64,000 nucleotides of DNA, from positions 80,162-144,161 of the forward strand of contig DAOULB010000040.1 in NCBI GenBank assembly GCA_034420695.1, written 5' to 3'. Of the stretch, positions 36,019 through 47,505 are shown piece by piece (within the stretch, counting starts at the first letter, position 1; the number at the start of each line of letters is the position of its first letter). Made by a program: the position numbers and the translations under genes. This stretch comes from Dehalococcoidia bacterium (GTDB lineage: Bacteria; Chloroflexota; Dehalococcoidia; Lucifugimonadales; UBA3495). A model generated the notes under the pieces. The model ran no database searches. It saw nothing but the letters and a program-made list of their open reading frames with translations, and was not told where the DNA came from.

Positions 36019-37530
36019 ATGACCTCATTCGACCAAGGAGTCCTGTTTCTGGTGATAGTGGCGCCACTTCTGGGCGCCGCTCTCACCATGTTCCTGCCAA
36101 AGGACAGGCCGGCGGACGCTTGGTATTTCGCCACCGGCGTGGCAACTATTTGCCTGGCTCTGTCCCTTTACATTTTCATCCGCTACGACTACGGGGAGGG
36201 TGGCTACCAGATGGCCCGCACCTTCCCTTGGCTGGACGCCCCGCTGAATATTGCCTTCTCCCTGGGAGTGGACGGCATCGGCGCGCCCCTGGTGCTGCTC
36301 AACGGTATTGTGCTGATGGGGGCTACCCTTGTTTCCCAGACCATCCGGCAGCGTTCCCGGGACTTCTTCGTGCTGCTGCAGGCCCTCGGCGCGGGGGTGT
36401 TCGGCGTATTCGTGGTCCGGGACCTGTTCTTCCTGTTCTTCTTCTACGAGCTGGCGGTGCTCCCCATGTACCTGCTGATCGGCGTTTGGGGCAGCAGCAC
36501 CGATTTCGGCTCCTTCCTCAGGACCAAAGAGTACGGGGCCATGAAGCTGTTCATGTACTTGGTGGCGGGCAGCGTGCTGGTCTGGATTGGCATCCTGGCG
36601 CTTTACATAAAAGCTGCCGAAGCCGGTGTTCCCACCTTCTCCCTGGAGGCCCTTGGAGACCTGGCCCTGCAGGGACATTTCAGCGAGGAGTTCCAGACTT
36701 GGGTGTTTCCCCTGTTCATGGTCGGGTTCGGGGTGCTGGCCGGCCTCTGGCCTTTCCACACTTGGTCTCCCGACGGCCACGTGGCGGCTCCCACCGGTGT
36801 CAGCATGTTGCACGCCGGCGTTCTCATGAAGCTGGGTGCCTACGGAATCATACGAGTGGGCATGGTGCTGCTCCCGGAAGGAGCCGAGAACTGGATGCCG
36901 GTGCTCATCTCCCTGGGAACAGTGAACGTCCTCTACGGAGCGGTGGCTGCCATTTCCCAGACCGACCTGAAGTACGTCATCGGCTATTCCAGCGTGAGCC
37001 ACATGGGCTACGTGCTCATGGGCATAGCCACCCTGGACCCCATCGGACTGGGGGGCGCGGTGCTCCAGATGTTTTCCCACGGCATCATGACCGCCTTGAT
37101 GTTCCTAGTGGTCGGAGCGGTATACGACCGGACTCACGTCCGGGACGTCAGCGTATTGAACGGCCTCTTCGGGCGCATGGGCGTTGCCAGTTTCTGCTTC
37201 GCTGTAGCCGGCCTGGCCTCCCTGGGGCTGCCGGGACTCAGCGGGTTCATCGCAGAATTCATGATATTCACCGGCGCGTTCCGTACCTATCTGCCCTTGG
37301 CGGTGCTGGCGGTAGCCGGAGCCGCTATAACCGCGGTGTACATACTCCGCCTGCTGGCCAAGACCTTCCTGGGAGAGAAGGACCCGAAGTGGGAAGGCTT
37401 GACCGATTCCAGCCCGGTGGAGAAGGGAGTGGGCCTGGCCTTTGTGCTCATTCTGGTGGTGGTAGGGGTATGGCCCCAGCCGATGATGCGGGTAATTAAC
37501 GTTGGAGTCGCATCCCTTCCAGGTGTCTAG
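36019..37530 (+). CDS. nuoM: NADH-quinone oxidoreductase subunit M
   Basis: LGVDG, FFYEL..LPMYLLIGVWG, PFHTWSPDGH..APT, LMKLGAYG, YSSVSHMG, LGLPGLSGFIAE. Confidence 0.95.
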   Translation: MTSFDQGVLFLVIVAPLLGAALTMFLPKDRPADAWYFATGVATICLALSLYIFIRYDYGEGGYQMARTFPWLDAPLNIAFSLGVDGIGAPLVLLNGIVLMGATLVSQTIRQRSRDFFVLLQALGAGVFGVFVVRDLFFLFFFYELAVLPMYLLIGVWGSSTDFGSFLRTKEYGAMKLFMYLVAGSVLVWIGILALYIKAAEAGVPTFSLEALGDLALQGHFSEEFQTWVFPLFMVGFGVLAGLWPFHTWSPDGHVAAPTGVSMLHAGVLMKLGAYGIIRVGMVLLPEGAENWMPVLISLGTVNVLYGAVAAISQTDLKYVIGYSSVSHMGYVLMGIATLDPIGLGGAVLQMFSHGIMTALMFLVVGAVYDRTHVRDVSVLNGLFGRMGVASFCFAVAGLASLGLPGLSGFIAEFMIFTGAFRTYLPLAVLAVAGAAITAVYILRLLAKTFLGEKDPKWEGLTDSSPVEKGVGLAFVLILVVVGVWPQPMMRVINVGVASLPGV

Positions 37531-37566
37531 CGATAATGGCTGGTTTTGCCTTGCCGATGAGAGAAA

Positions 37567-39132
37567 ATGCCGGGTCTGACTGAAAATATTCACCTGCTGG
37601 CCCCGGAGTTCGCCTTGGCGGGACTGTCCCTGGCAATCTTTGCCTTGGACCTGTTCATCCCGGCGAGGCACAAGACAGCGCTGCCCTGGCTCACCGTGGC
37701 CGGACTGCTGGGCGTGGCTGCTCTTTCGGTGGTGATGCTCTGGGGGCGTCAGGAATCGTTGTATGACGGCTTGCTGGCGGTTGACGCTTTCTCCCTGTTC
37801 TTCAAGGTGTTCTTCCTGGGAATCGCCGTCTTCATAGTGCTGGTCTCAACGGAGTATACGGGCCGCTTCCTGGAAAACCTGGGGGAGTTCTACGCCCTGC
37901 TGGTCTTGTCGGTGCTGGGAATGAACGTCATGGCCCAAGCCAGGGAGTTGCTGACGGCCTATATCGCCTTGGAACTGCTCAGCTTCGTGCTTTACGTGCT
38001 GGCGGCCTATGCCCGGCGGGAGCCCAAGTCCAATGAAGCCGGGCTCAAGTACATCCTCATCGGCGCCTTTTCCTCGGCAATTCTCCTCTACGGTCTGAGC
38101 ATGGTGTATTCCACCCTGGGCGTAACCAAGTTCGTCGAAATAGGCCTGGCCCTCAACGATTCCGCCGGTGCCTTCCAGCCTGCCCTGTGGGTAGGGATCG
38201 CCCTGCTGGTGGTTGGACTGGGCTTCAAGTTATCGGCGGTCCCGTTCCACATGTGGGCCCCCGACGTGTATGAAGGAGCCCCCCTTCCGGTGACTGCCTA
38301 CTTAGCGATCGGCTCCAAGGCGGCGGCCTTTGCCTTGGTGCTGCGCCTTGCCGCCGAAGGGTTGCTCCTGGCGGAAGACCAGTGGGGCCAGTGGCAGTTG
38401 GTGCTGGCGGTGCTGGCGGCGGTAACCATGGTGGTGGGCAACTTGGTGGCCTTGGCCCAGCGTAACATCAAACGGCTGCTGGCCTACTCCAGCATCGGTC
38501 ATGTGGGCTTCATTCTTGCGGGAATAGCCGCCATGACCCACGATTCCGTATTGGTATCCAACGGCGTCATTCTTTACCTGGTTGGCTATGCGGCAACCAG
38601 CTTGGTGGTATTCGCCGGGGTCATCGCCTTTTTCAACCGGACCGGTAAAGAGGAGGTGAGCGACTTTGCCGGGCTTGCAGACCAGCAGCCCTTCCTGGCG
38701 GCATCCATTGCCATCGGCCTGTTTTCCTTGGGGGGGCTGCCCATCTTTGCCGGCTTCGCCATCAAATTCTACCTGTTCGTTGCCGTGGCCCAAGCCGGTT
38801 TCCTCTGGCTGGCGGCTCTTGGCGTGTTTGCCAGCCTCATTTCCCTGTACTACTACCTGCAGGTCATCCGCCAGATGTACATAGAGAAACCGGCTGAAGA
38901 GAGCTTAGAGGAGGGGGCCGAACTCCAGCGGGCGCCCGTCTCCGGTGCAGGGGCCTCAGCATCTGCGGTTCGCCCCTACCCACTCCTGGCAGGAGTGCTG
39001 GCCGTGGGGCTGCTGGCCGTCGTGTTCCTGGGAGTTTACCCCGGGCCGCTGCTGGACCTGATTGAGCCCGCCAGCCGGGCCATTTTGCCTTCCGGAGAAT
39101 GGGCCACTTTCCCCATGCCCCCATTTAAGTAA
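37567..39132 (+). CDS. nuoN: NADH-quinone oxidoreductase subunit N
   Basis: ALELLS, SNEAGLKY, FKLSAVPFHMWAPDVYEGAP, KRLLAYSSIGH, SLYYYL. Confidence 0.95.
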   Translation: MPGLTENIHLLAPEFALAGLSLAIFALDLFIPARHKTALPWLTVAGLLGVAALSVVMLWGRQESLYDGLLAVDAFSLFFKVFFLGIAVFIVLVSTEYTGRFLENLGEFYALLVLSVLGMNVMAQARELLTAYIALELLSFVLYVLAAYARREPKSNEAGLKYILIGAFSSAILLYGLSMVYSTLGVTKFVEIGLALNDSAGAFQPALWVGIALLVVGLGFKLSAVPFHMWAPDVYEGAPLPVTAYLAIGSKAAAFALVLRLAAEGLLLAEDQWGQWQLVLAVLAAVTMVVGNLVALAQRNIKRLLAYSSIGHVGFILAGIAAMTHDSVLVSNGVILYLVGYAATSLVVFAGVIAFFNRTGKEEVSDFAGLADQQPFLAASIAIGLFSLGGLPIFAGFAIKFYLFVAVAQAGFLWLAALGVFASLISLYYYLQVIRQMYIEKPAEESLEEGAELQRAPVSGAGASASAVRPYPLLAGVLAVGLLAVVFLGVYPGPLLDLIEPASRAILPSGEWATFPMPPFK

Positions 39133-39175
39133 TGCGGCGCCGGCCTTGGCGGGGCCGGGAACCAAGCTAATCCTT

Positions 39176-39184
39176 TGATATAAT
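39176..39184 (+). promoter_or_regulatory. Extended -10 element upstream of the LOG-like gene/eno unit
   Basis: TG-A-TATAAT, following a CCGGCC/GGCCGG hairpin just after the nuoN stop. Confidence 0.45.
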
Positions 39185-39242
39185 TGGCCCGGTTTTTCGC
39201 AGCCGGGGGAACCGCTCCCGTAATTCAGAAAGGTCGAGCTTC

Positions 39243-39737
39243 GTGATGATCATAGCGGTGATAGGCAGCAGCAACCCGGCCTTTCCCGAACACTTGGAAC
39301 TGGCGGAACAGGTGGGGAGAGAACTTGCCCGCCGCGGGGCCACGGTGGTCTGCGGCGGTCTTTCCGGCATCATGGAGGCGGTCTGCCGCGGCGCCAAGGC
39401 GGAGGGCGGTATGACCATCGGCATCCTGCCCGGCAATACGCCCAGGGATGCCAACGCCTTCGTGGACATTCCCATCGTCACCGGAATGCGTTACTCCCGC
39501 AACGTGATAGTGGTCAACACCGGCAGTGCAGTAATTGCCATCGGCGGGGCTTGGGGCACCCTTTCGGAGATAGGCCATGCCTTGGGGGACGGAATTCCGG
39601 TGGTAGGACTGAAGAGCTGGCCCTTAACTCGGAACGGTGACGGCGTTTCGGTGGAGGGCGCAATGGTGTTGGCCGCCGACCCCAAGGACGCGGTGGACAA
39701 GGCCTTGGCCGCCGCCGCGGCCAGGGAACTGGCTTGA
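39243..39737 (+). CDS. TIGR00725-like LOG/Rossmann-fold nucleotide-binding protein
   Basis: VCGGLSGIMEAVCRGAK, GILPG, RNVIVV, AIGGAWGTLSEI. Confidence 0.88.
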   Translation: MMIIAVIGSSNPAFPEHLELAEQVGRELARRGATVVCGGLSGIMEAVCRGAKAEGGMTIGILPGNTPRDANAFVDIPIVTGMRYSRNVIVVNTGSAVIAIGGAWGTLSEIGHALGDGIPVVGLKSWPLTRNGDGVSVEGAMVLAADPKDAVDKALAAAAARELA

Positions 39738-39785
39738 CTCCGTGGGTATCCCAAGCAGGCCATAAGCAAGAGGTAGCAGGACATC

Positions 39786-41117
<1,332 letters not shown>

Positions 41118-41236
41118 CCTCGGCATTGCGCTTTTCAAGTATCGCATACCGAGGTAACATACACGTGAAGGCGTTGCACGCCTTGACGCAACTATCCTGC
41201 CGAATTTAAGGGATTGCCGGAAGGGAAGGGGGCGAT

Positions 41237-41539
41237 ATGACGACGACCAACGCTCTGGACGACCAGTTTGACGACGCCGAGAGAGGACTTGAGTGGCTGG
41301 AAAAGCTGGAAGCTCTCCAAGCCCGCTCAGCGTCAGACCAAGCGGCCATCGAGGTCGCCGAATACGTCATGAAGCTGCGGGGCGCGGTTCTGGCCCTGGC
41401 CGATGACCGCGGCGTGCCGGAGATCGGGGAATCCGTGGGTGAGGAAATTGGGCAGTTGGTGGCCGAGCTTCGCTATGAAGGCGCTAATGACCGCTGGTAC
41501 AGCCGCATCCGCCCGGCCCTGCTCAAAACCGACCCCTGA
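41237..41539 (+). CDS. Hypothetical acidic helical protein (100 aa)
   Basis: ATG after a purine-rich SD; host-like codon usage; lies between eno and gap. Confidence 0.65.
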   Translation: MTTTNALDDQFDDAERGLEWLEKLEALQARSASDQAAIEVAEYVMKLRGAVLALADDRGVPEIGESVGEEIGQLVAELRYEGANDRWYSRIRPALLKTDP

Positions 41540-41601
41540 TCCAGGCTCCAACAAAGGCTCCCTCAAATTCTGGAAGACAATGCACATTGCGGAGGTAAGG
41601 A

Positions 41602-42615
41602 ATGGTAACCCGGATCGGGATTAACGGCTTTGGAAGAATAGGTCGCTTGGTGATGCGGGCCACCAACTCCCTCCACCCGGAGAGTCTTGAAGTCGCGGCG
41701 GTGAACGACCTCACCGACGCCAAGACCAATGCCCACCTCTACAAGTACGACACCAACTACGGGCCCTACGCCGGCACCGTGGAGGCCAACAACGGCGACC
41801 TTATGGTGGACGGGCGCAGCGTCAAGGTGTTTTCGGAGCGTGACCCGGCCCAGATACCTTGGGCTGAAATGGGGGTTGACTTGGTGGTGGAGTCCACCGG
41901 TATCTTCACCGACGCCGAAAAGGCCAGGGGCCACCTGAACGGCGGGGCCAAAAAGGTGGTGATATCCGCTCCCGCCACCGGGGAAGACCTCACCGTGGTG
42001 CTGGGAGTGAATGACCACCTCTACGACGCCGAGAAGCACAACATCGTTTCCAATGCCTCCTGTACCACCAACTGTTTCGCTACTATGGTGAAGGTGCTCC
42101 AAGACGCCTTCGGCATCGAACACGGTCTGATGTCCACCGTCCACTCCTACACCAACGACCAAGCGATTCTGGACCAGCGGCACTCCGACCTGAGAAGGGC
42201 CCGGGCCGCGGGCATGAACATCATCCCCACCAACACCGGGGCGGCCAGGGCGGTCGGCCTCGTCCTGCCCGAACTCAACGGCAAGCTCCACGGCATCGCC
42301 TTCCGGGTGCCTACTTCCACTGGGTCCGTCACCGACTTCGTAGCCACGTTGTCCCGGGACGTTACCCCAGACGAGGTGAACCAAGCCTTCTTGGAGGCGG
42401 CCCAAGGCTCCTTGAAGGGAATACTGGAATACACCGACGAACCCTTGGTCAGTTCCGACCTCCGGGGCAACCCCCACAGCTGCATCTTCGACTCCCTTTC
42501 CACCATTGTGATGGAAGGCCGGATGGTCAAGACCATGGGGTGGTACGACAACGAATGGGGATACTCCTGCCGCACCGCCGACCTTTGTTCATTGATGAGC
42601 GACAAGGGCATCTGA
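41602..42615 (+). CDS. gap: Type I glyceraldehyde-3-phosphate dehydrogenase
   Basis: GINGFGRIGR, SNASCTTNC, HSYTNDQ, WYDNEWGY. Confidence 0.98.
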   Translation: MVTRIGINGFGRIGRLVMRATNSLHPESLEVAAVNDLTDAKTNAHLYKYDTNYGPYAGTVEANNGDLMVDGRSVKVFSERDPAQIPWAEMGVDLVVESTGIFTDAEKARGHLNGGAKKVVISAPATGEDLTVVLGVNDHLYDAEKHNIVSNASCTTNCFATMVKVLQDAFGIEHGLMSTVHSYTNDQAILDQRHSDLRRARAAGMNIIPTNTGAARAVGLVLPELNGKLHGIAFRVPTSTGSVTDFVATLSRDVTPDEVNQAFLEAAQGSLKGILEYTDEPLVSSDLRGNPHSCIFDSLSTIVMEGRMVKTMGWYDNEWGYSCRTADLCSLMSDKGI

Positions 42616-42742
42616 CCGCGGCGCTGCTGCGAATCCAGGAAGACCCGGAAGGGGCTAGGCCCAGGCGGTCGTCCCGTTCCGGGTTTTCTATTCTTGGGCC
42701 GCTTGTTCCCAAAGCAGCCTCAGATTTGATGTAGGGCCGGTC

Positions 42743-45700
42743 TTGTTCCCCACCCGCAGTATTCCCCCGCCATTGGCCCGCCTGTACCAAGCCGTGCAAA
42801 CCTCCTTTGCCAGACTGTGGGCCCATGTGTCGCCTGAGACAGCGGTGCTTGGCCTGATACTGGCTGCGGGCTTGGCATTGCGCTGGAACGGCCTGGACTG
42901 GGACCGGGGTTACGGGTTTCATCCCGACGAGCGGGATATCTACATGCGGGCCGAATGCATGTACCAAGCCCTGACCAACTCACCCGGCTTTCGCGCCTGC
43001 GGCTACCTGCAGGAATGGCCCAACGTTGTCCCGGGGGTGCCCGGGCTCAGCGTGTTCCTCGATCCGGAACGCAGTCCCCTCAACCCCCACTGGTTTCCCT
43101 TGGGAAGCATCCTTGTCTATGCCTTGGTTTTCCTTCGCTCGGTACTGGAAACCGTGACCGACCTTTCCGCCTTCGATATGCGCTTCGTCGGCAGGGGCTT
43201 GGCCGGGCTGGCCGATGTTGGGTCGGTGTTCCTGGTGTTCCTGTTGGGGCAGCGCCTCTTCGGACGGAAGGCCGGGCTGCTGGCCGCGGCCCTCACCGCT
43301 CTGGCGGTGGTCCACGTGCAGCACAGCCATTTCTACCGCCCCGAGCCCTTTGCCGCCTTCTTCACACTGGGGGCATTCTGGGCGGCGTTTCGCATGATGG
43401 AGCGCCGCCGCATTGCCGACTCGCTGCTCGTGGGAGCCTTGGTTGGCTTGGCGGTCGCCCCAAAGGTCAGCGGGGCCGTGGTGATGCTGCCGGTGGCGAT
43501 GGCCTACTGTTTCCGGCTTTGGGACGCCATAGGCGGCCACGGTCCGGTAGGCCGTGAGACTTGGTGGAAGGTTGCCGCCCACGGTGCGGCCATGCTGGCG
43601 GCCTCTGCTGCCGTGTTCTTTGCTGTTACCCCCTATGCCCTGCTGGACTTTGCATCTTTTTCCTGGGACTTGGAAATCCAGGGCTACATGGTGCGCAATG
43701 CAGGAATATGGCCCTTCACGGTGCAGTACGTTGGTACCCAGCCTTTTCTGTACCAGTTCAAGCAGACGGCCGTGTTCGGTCTGGGGCTGCCCCTGGGTGT
43801 AATAGCCTGGCTGGGCATCCCCTTCGCCGCGTTTGCCCTGTTCCGGGACCATGCCTCCTTCCGGTATCTGGCTATGGTGCTGGCCTACGTGGCCGCCAGC
43901 CTGGCCATTCTGGAAAGCTTCGAGATCCGCTTCCTTCGCTACCTGTTCACCTTGATGCCCCTGATGATTCTGCTGGGCTCCGGGATGCTCTTCTGGTTCT
44001 TGGATGCCGCCGGAAGCCTGGCGGACCGGGGCGGCGCGGCTGGCCGGGGGGCGTCAACTGGGACACTGCCGTCTTGGACGGCCTGGGCGGGCCGCGTGCT
44101 CCGGTGGGCGTCGCTGGGGCTGATTATTTTCGTTCTGGCGGCCACCGCGTTCTACTCTCTGGCTTTTCAGAGGGTCTACTCCACGGAGCACCCGGCGGTA
44201 GCTGCTTCCCTCTGGATTAACCAGAACCTCGAGAGGGGAACCCCGATCGTCAGCGACAACCATTGGGACGAGTTCCTCCCTGACCTCTACCGGTACGACC
44301 TGTGGCAGTACCCCGTGTACGAAGAGGACACCCCGGACAAGATGGAGACCCTGGCCCGCCAACTTAGCCGTTCGGACTACTTGGTCTTTTACAGCCACCG
44401 GCCCTACTTCAGCGTCAGCCGGGACCCAGAAAGGTTCCCTTACAGCGCTCATTACTACCAGAGGTTGTTCGACGGAGACTTGGGCTACCGCCTGGAAAGG
44501 GCCTTCACTTCTTACCCCGGCCTGTGGGGGGTTGAGTTCCGGGACGACCCGGTCGGCGCCGCGAGCCTGCCGTCTCCCTATCCGGCAACTGGGGCGCAAA
44601 GGGGAGCATGGAGTTTCAACCTCGGCTACGCCGATGACAACGTGGTGGGATACGACCATCCCCAAGTGCTGTTGTTCCGCAACGAGGCGGGACTCCCCTT
44701 CCAATCGCTGAAGGAAACCCTGGTTATTGAGCCTCCTCCGGACGGTATCTGGGAAGAGCCAGGCCCCTTGATGCTGTCAGAACGAGACTTGGAGTTGCAG
44801 CAGCGGGGAGGCACTTGGAGCCGGATAGTCGACCGGGAGAGCTGGACCAACCGCCTTCCGGTGCTGGCTTGGCTCCTGGCGGTGGAACTGGTCTTCCTCG
44901 CAGCCCTGCCCCTTGCGATCTACCTTTTTCGTTTCCTGCCCGACCGGGGAATCGTCCTCGCCCGGGTCTTGGGGTTGCTGCTGGTCTCCTACTTGGCCTG
45001 GCTTGCGGTGAGCTTGGGTTGGTTGGAGTTTTCCCGGACGGCCATCGTTGCCGGGTTCTTGGCTGTGGCGGCCTTTTCCCTTCTGTTGTTGGCCCTCCGC
45101 TGGAACGAAATCACCGGGCTGGTGAGGCAGCGGTGGCGGTTGTTGGTGGGGGTTGAGACCCTGTTCCTCCTGGCGTTTCTCGCCTTTGTGCTGTTGCGGG
45201 CGCTCAACCCTGACTTGTGGCATCCTTGGCGCGGCGGCGAGAAACCAATGGAACTGGCCTACTTGAACGCCGTCATCAAGTCCACCACCATGCCGCCTTT
45301 TGATCCCTGGTTTGCCGGTGGATACCTTAACTATTACTACTTCGGATACGTAATGCCGGCGTCCCTGGTGCGTATAACCGGCATCATTCCTACGACAGCG
45401 TTCAACTTGGCCGTGCCGCTCTTCTTTGCCCTCACCGTCACCGGGGCCTTTTCCTTGGTTTACAACATGGCCCAAGGTGTACGGGCGTCCCGGATCAGGG
45501 AGCTAGAATCGCTTAACCTGGCAGGATCTCGGGGCCTGTGGGCCGTCTTGAAGGGTCCGGTCGGAGCCGGCCTGCTGGGGGCCGTCTTCGTCGCGGTCAT
45601 AGGGAACCTCGACGGCATGCTGCAGGTGGTTGAAGGTGTGTGGGGCCGGTTGTTCCACTCCGGGTCTCCGCCCCTTGATTTCGACTTCTGGCGCAGCAGT

Positions 45701-47281
45701 CGGATGATTCCCAGCCTGGAGAATTTTGAGCCACCGGCCCTGGCGTTCTGGCTGAAGGACGGAGCCGCCGGTGTGCAGCACGTTACTCCCCACATCACCG
45801 AGTTTCCATTTTTCACCTTCCTCTTTGCCGATTTTCATGCCCACCTGATGGTCGTTCCCATAACCTTGTTGGTGCTGGGTCTGGGAATGAATCTGCTGGC
45901 CGGCCTGGGACGGGACGGCATCTCCTGGACGTTGGCGGCTGCCTTGGCCTTGGCGGTGTCCTTGGGTTCCCTGTGGGCGGTCAATAGCTGGGACTATCCA
46001 ACCTACCTGCTGCTGGTGGTAGCCCTGCTGGTCTTGGCGGCCTACCGGCTAGCCGGGTCTCCGCGCCGCCGGATATTCTTCGGCGCCCTGTTAGCGGCGG
46101 GAGTAGTGGCCGTCAGTCTGGCCGCTTTCTGGCCCTTCCACCAAGCCTACGAGACCTTCGACAGCGGTTTGGAGGCTTCCTTGTGGCGGACGCCCCTGGA
46201 CCGGTACCTGCTGATACACGGCCTGTTCCTGTTCATTGCCGTATCTTTTCTGTTGGCGCAACTTCGGAGGAGTGTGCCGGGCTTGTCCGGTGGTTTCCGC
46301 GGGGGTGGGAGCGCCTTTATGGCGGCAAAGCGGAAGCCCTTAGCCGTCGTTGGGGTGGCGGGAGTTGTGTTCCTGCTCTTCGCCCTGTCCGGATATTGGA
46401 CTGCCGCTGTCCTTTGGCTGGCGCTGGCTGGGGTGGCCTGGGCTGCTTGGCGGTCGATTGCTCGGGACCAGGGCGGCAGCCCCTATGCCTTGTTCCCCCT
46501 GGCGCTGCTCGCTATGGGGCTGGGAATCAGTATTGGACTGGACTTTGTGAGAATCTCCGGGGATATCGGGCGGATGAATACCCTGTTCAAGTATTACTTG
46601 GAAGTGTGGGTGTTTTTTGCCTTGGCCGCGGCCTACTTCCTGTGGCGCCTCTTCGACAGCGGGTCCGTCAGGAGAATGCCGGGATGGGCCCGGGGCGCTT
46701 GGCTGGCGGTCCTCTTGGTGCTGTTGATATCGTGCATGGTCTATCCCTTTTGGGGGACCAAGGACCGTTTGGGGGACCGCTTCATGGATACCCCTCTGAC
46801 CTTGGACGGTACTGCCTACATGGACGACGCCTACCACTTCGAGTCCGGCCAGCCCCTCGCCCTGCGCTGGGACTTGGAAGCAATCGAGTGGCTGCAGGAC
46901 AACGTGGCTGGTTCCCCGGTGGTGCTGGAAGCCCACGGCCCCCAGTACCATTGGAACTCCCGCATCGCCAACTACACCGGGCTTCCCACGGTCCTAGGCT
47001 GGCCTTGGCACCAGACCCAGCAGCGCATGGCCTACTACCAGCATATAGACGAAAGAGTCCGGCACGCGGGCTACATCTACAACACCACCGACTTCGCGCT
47101 CGCCGAGGAACTGCTGCGGTTGTACCGCGTAGAGTACATCGTGATTGGAGAGCTGGAACGTATCTACTACGATGCGCAAGGACTTCAGAAGTTTCTGCAC
47201 TGGGAGGGGGAGGATCGCATGGCAAGGGTCTTCGAGAACCAGGGTGTAACCATCTACAGGGTGCTGTGGATCCAACCATAG
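42743..47281 (+). CDS. 1512-aa fusion: N-terminal GT39/PMT-like glycosyltransferase plus C-terminal DUF2298 module
   Basis: N-half FHPDE, PHWFPLG, QHSHFYRPE, K.S, PFTVQY; C-half GGEKPME, DPWFAGGYLNYYYFGY, ITEFPFFTFLFADFHAH, NSWDY, RMNTLFK, TLDG. Confidence 0.85.
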   Translation: MFPTRSIPPPLARLYQAVQTSFARLWAHVSPETAVLGLILAAGLALRWNGLDWDRGYGFHPDERDIYMRAECMYQALTNSPGFRACGYLQEWPNVVPGVPGLSVFLDPERSPLNPHWFPLGSILVYALVFLRSVLETVTDLSAFDMRFVGRGLAGLADVGSVFLVFLLGQRLFGRKAGLLAAALTALAVVHVQHSHFYRPEPFAAFFTLGAFWAAFRMMERRRIADSLLVGALVGLAVAPKVSGAVVMLPVAMAYCFRLWDAIGGHGPVGRETWWKVAAHGAAMLAASAAVFFAVTPYALLDFASFSWDLEIQGYMVRNAGIWPFTVQYVGTQPFLYQFKQTAVFGLGLPLGVIAWLGIPFAAFALFRDHASFRYLAMVLAYVAASLAILESFEIRFLRYLFTLMPLMILLGSGMLFWFLDAAGSLADRGGAAGRGASTGTLPSWTAWAGRVLRWASLGLIIFVLAATAFYSLAFQRVYSTEHPAVAASLWINQNLERGTPIVSDNHWDEFLPDLYRYDLWQYPVYEEDTPDKMETLARQLSRSDYLVFYSHRPYFSVSRDPERFPYSAHYYQRLFDGDLGYRLERAFTSYPGLWGVEFRDDPVGAASLPSPYPATGAQRGAWSFNLGYADDNVVGYDHPQVLLFRNEAGLPFQSLKETLVIEPPPDGIWEEPGPLMLSERDLELQQRGGTWSRIVDRESWTNRLPVLAWLLAVELVFLAALPLAIYLFRFLPDRGIVLARVLGLLLVSYLAWLAVSLGWLEFSRTAIVAGFLAVAAFSLLLLALRWNEITGLVRQRWRLLVGVETLFLLAFLAFVLLRALNPDLWHPWRGGEKPMELAYLNAVIKSTTMPPFDPWFAGGYLNYYYFGYVMPASLVRITGIIPTTAFNLAVPLFFALTVTGAFSLVYNMAQGVRASRIRELESLNLAGSRGLWAVLKGPVGAGLLGAVFVAVIGNLDGMLQVVEGVWGRLFHSGSPPLDFDFWRSSRMIPSLENFEPPALAFWLKDGAAGVQHVTPHITEFPFFTFLFADFHAHLMVVPITLLVLGLGMNLLAGLGRDGISWTLAAALALAVSLGSLWAVNSWDYPTYLLLVVALLVLAAYRLAGSPRRRIFFGALLAAGVVAVSLAAFWPFHQAYETFDSGLEASLWRTPLDRYLLIHGLFLFIAVSFLLAQLRRSVPGLSGGFRGGGSAFMAAKRKPLAVVGVAGVVFLLFALSGYWTAAVLWLALAGVAWAAWRSIARDQGGSPYALFPLALLAMGLGISIGLDFVRISGDIGRMNTLFKYYLEVWVFFALAAAYFLWRLFDSGSVRRMPGWARGAWLAVLLVLLISCMVYPFWGTKDRLGDRFMDTPLTLDGTAYMDDAYHFESGQPLALRWDLEAIEWLQDNVAGSPVVLEAHGPQYHWNSRIANYTGLPTVLGWPWHQTQQRMAYYQHIDERVRHAGYIYNTTDFALAEELLRLYRVEYIVIGELERIYYDAQGLQKFLHWEGEDRMARVFENQGVTIYRVLWIQP

Positions 47282-47505
47282 TGGCAATGTAGCCACTGGA
47301 GGAGGTCGATTCCTGCGCGCTGCGTTTCGCGGTTTAGTTTATTTGGAGGGGGGACTTCCGTTGACTGGAGACAATTCTCCAAAAACTGGGCGGATTATCC
47401 ATTTCCCAAGTATTGACACTGCATTGACATAATTGTTAGATTCTTAAAAGAATTTAAACTTTATGTGAAACATCGGCCGGGGGAATCCGCATCGAAACAA
47501 TAGCC

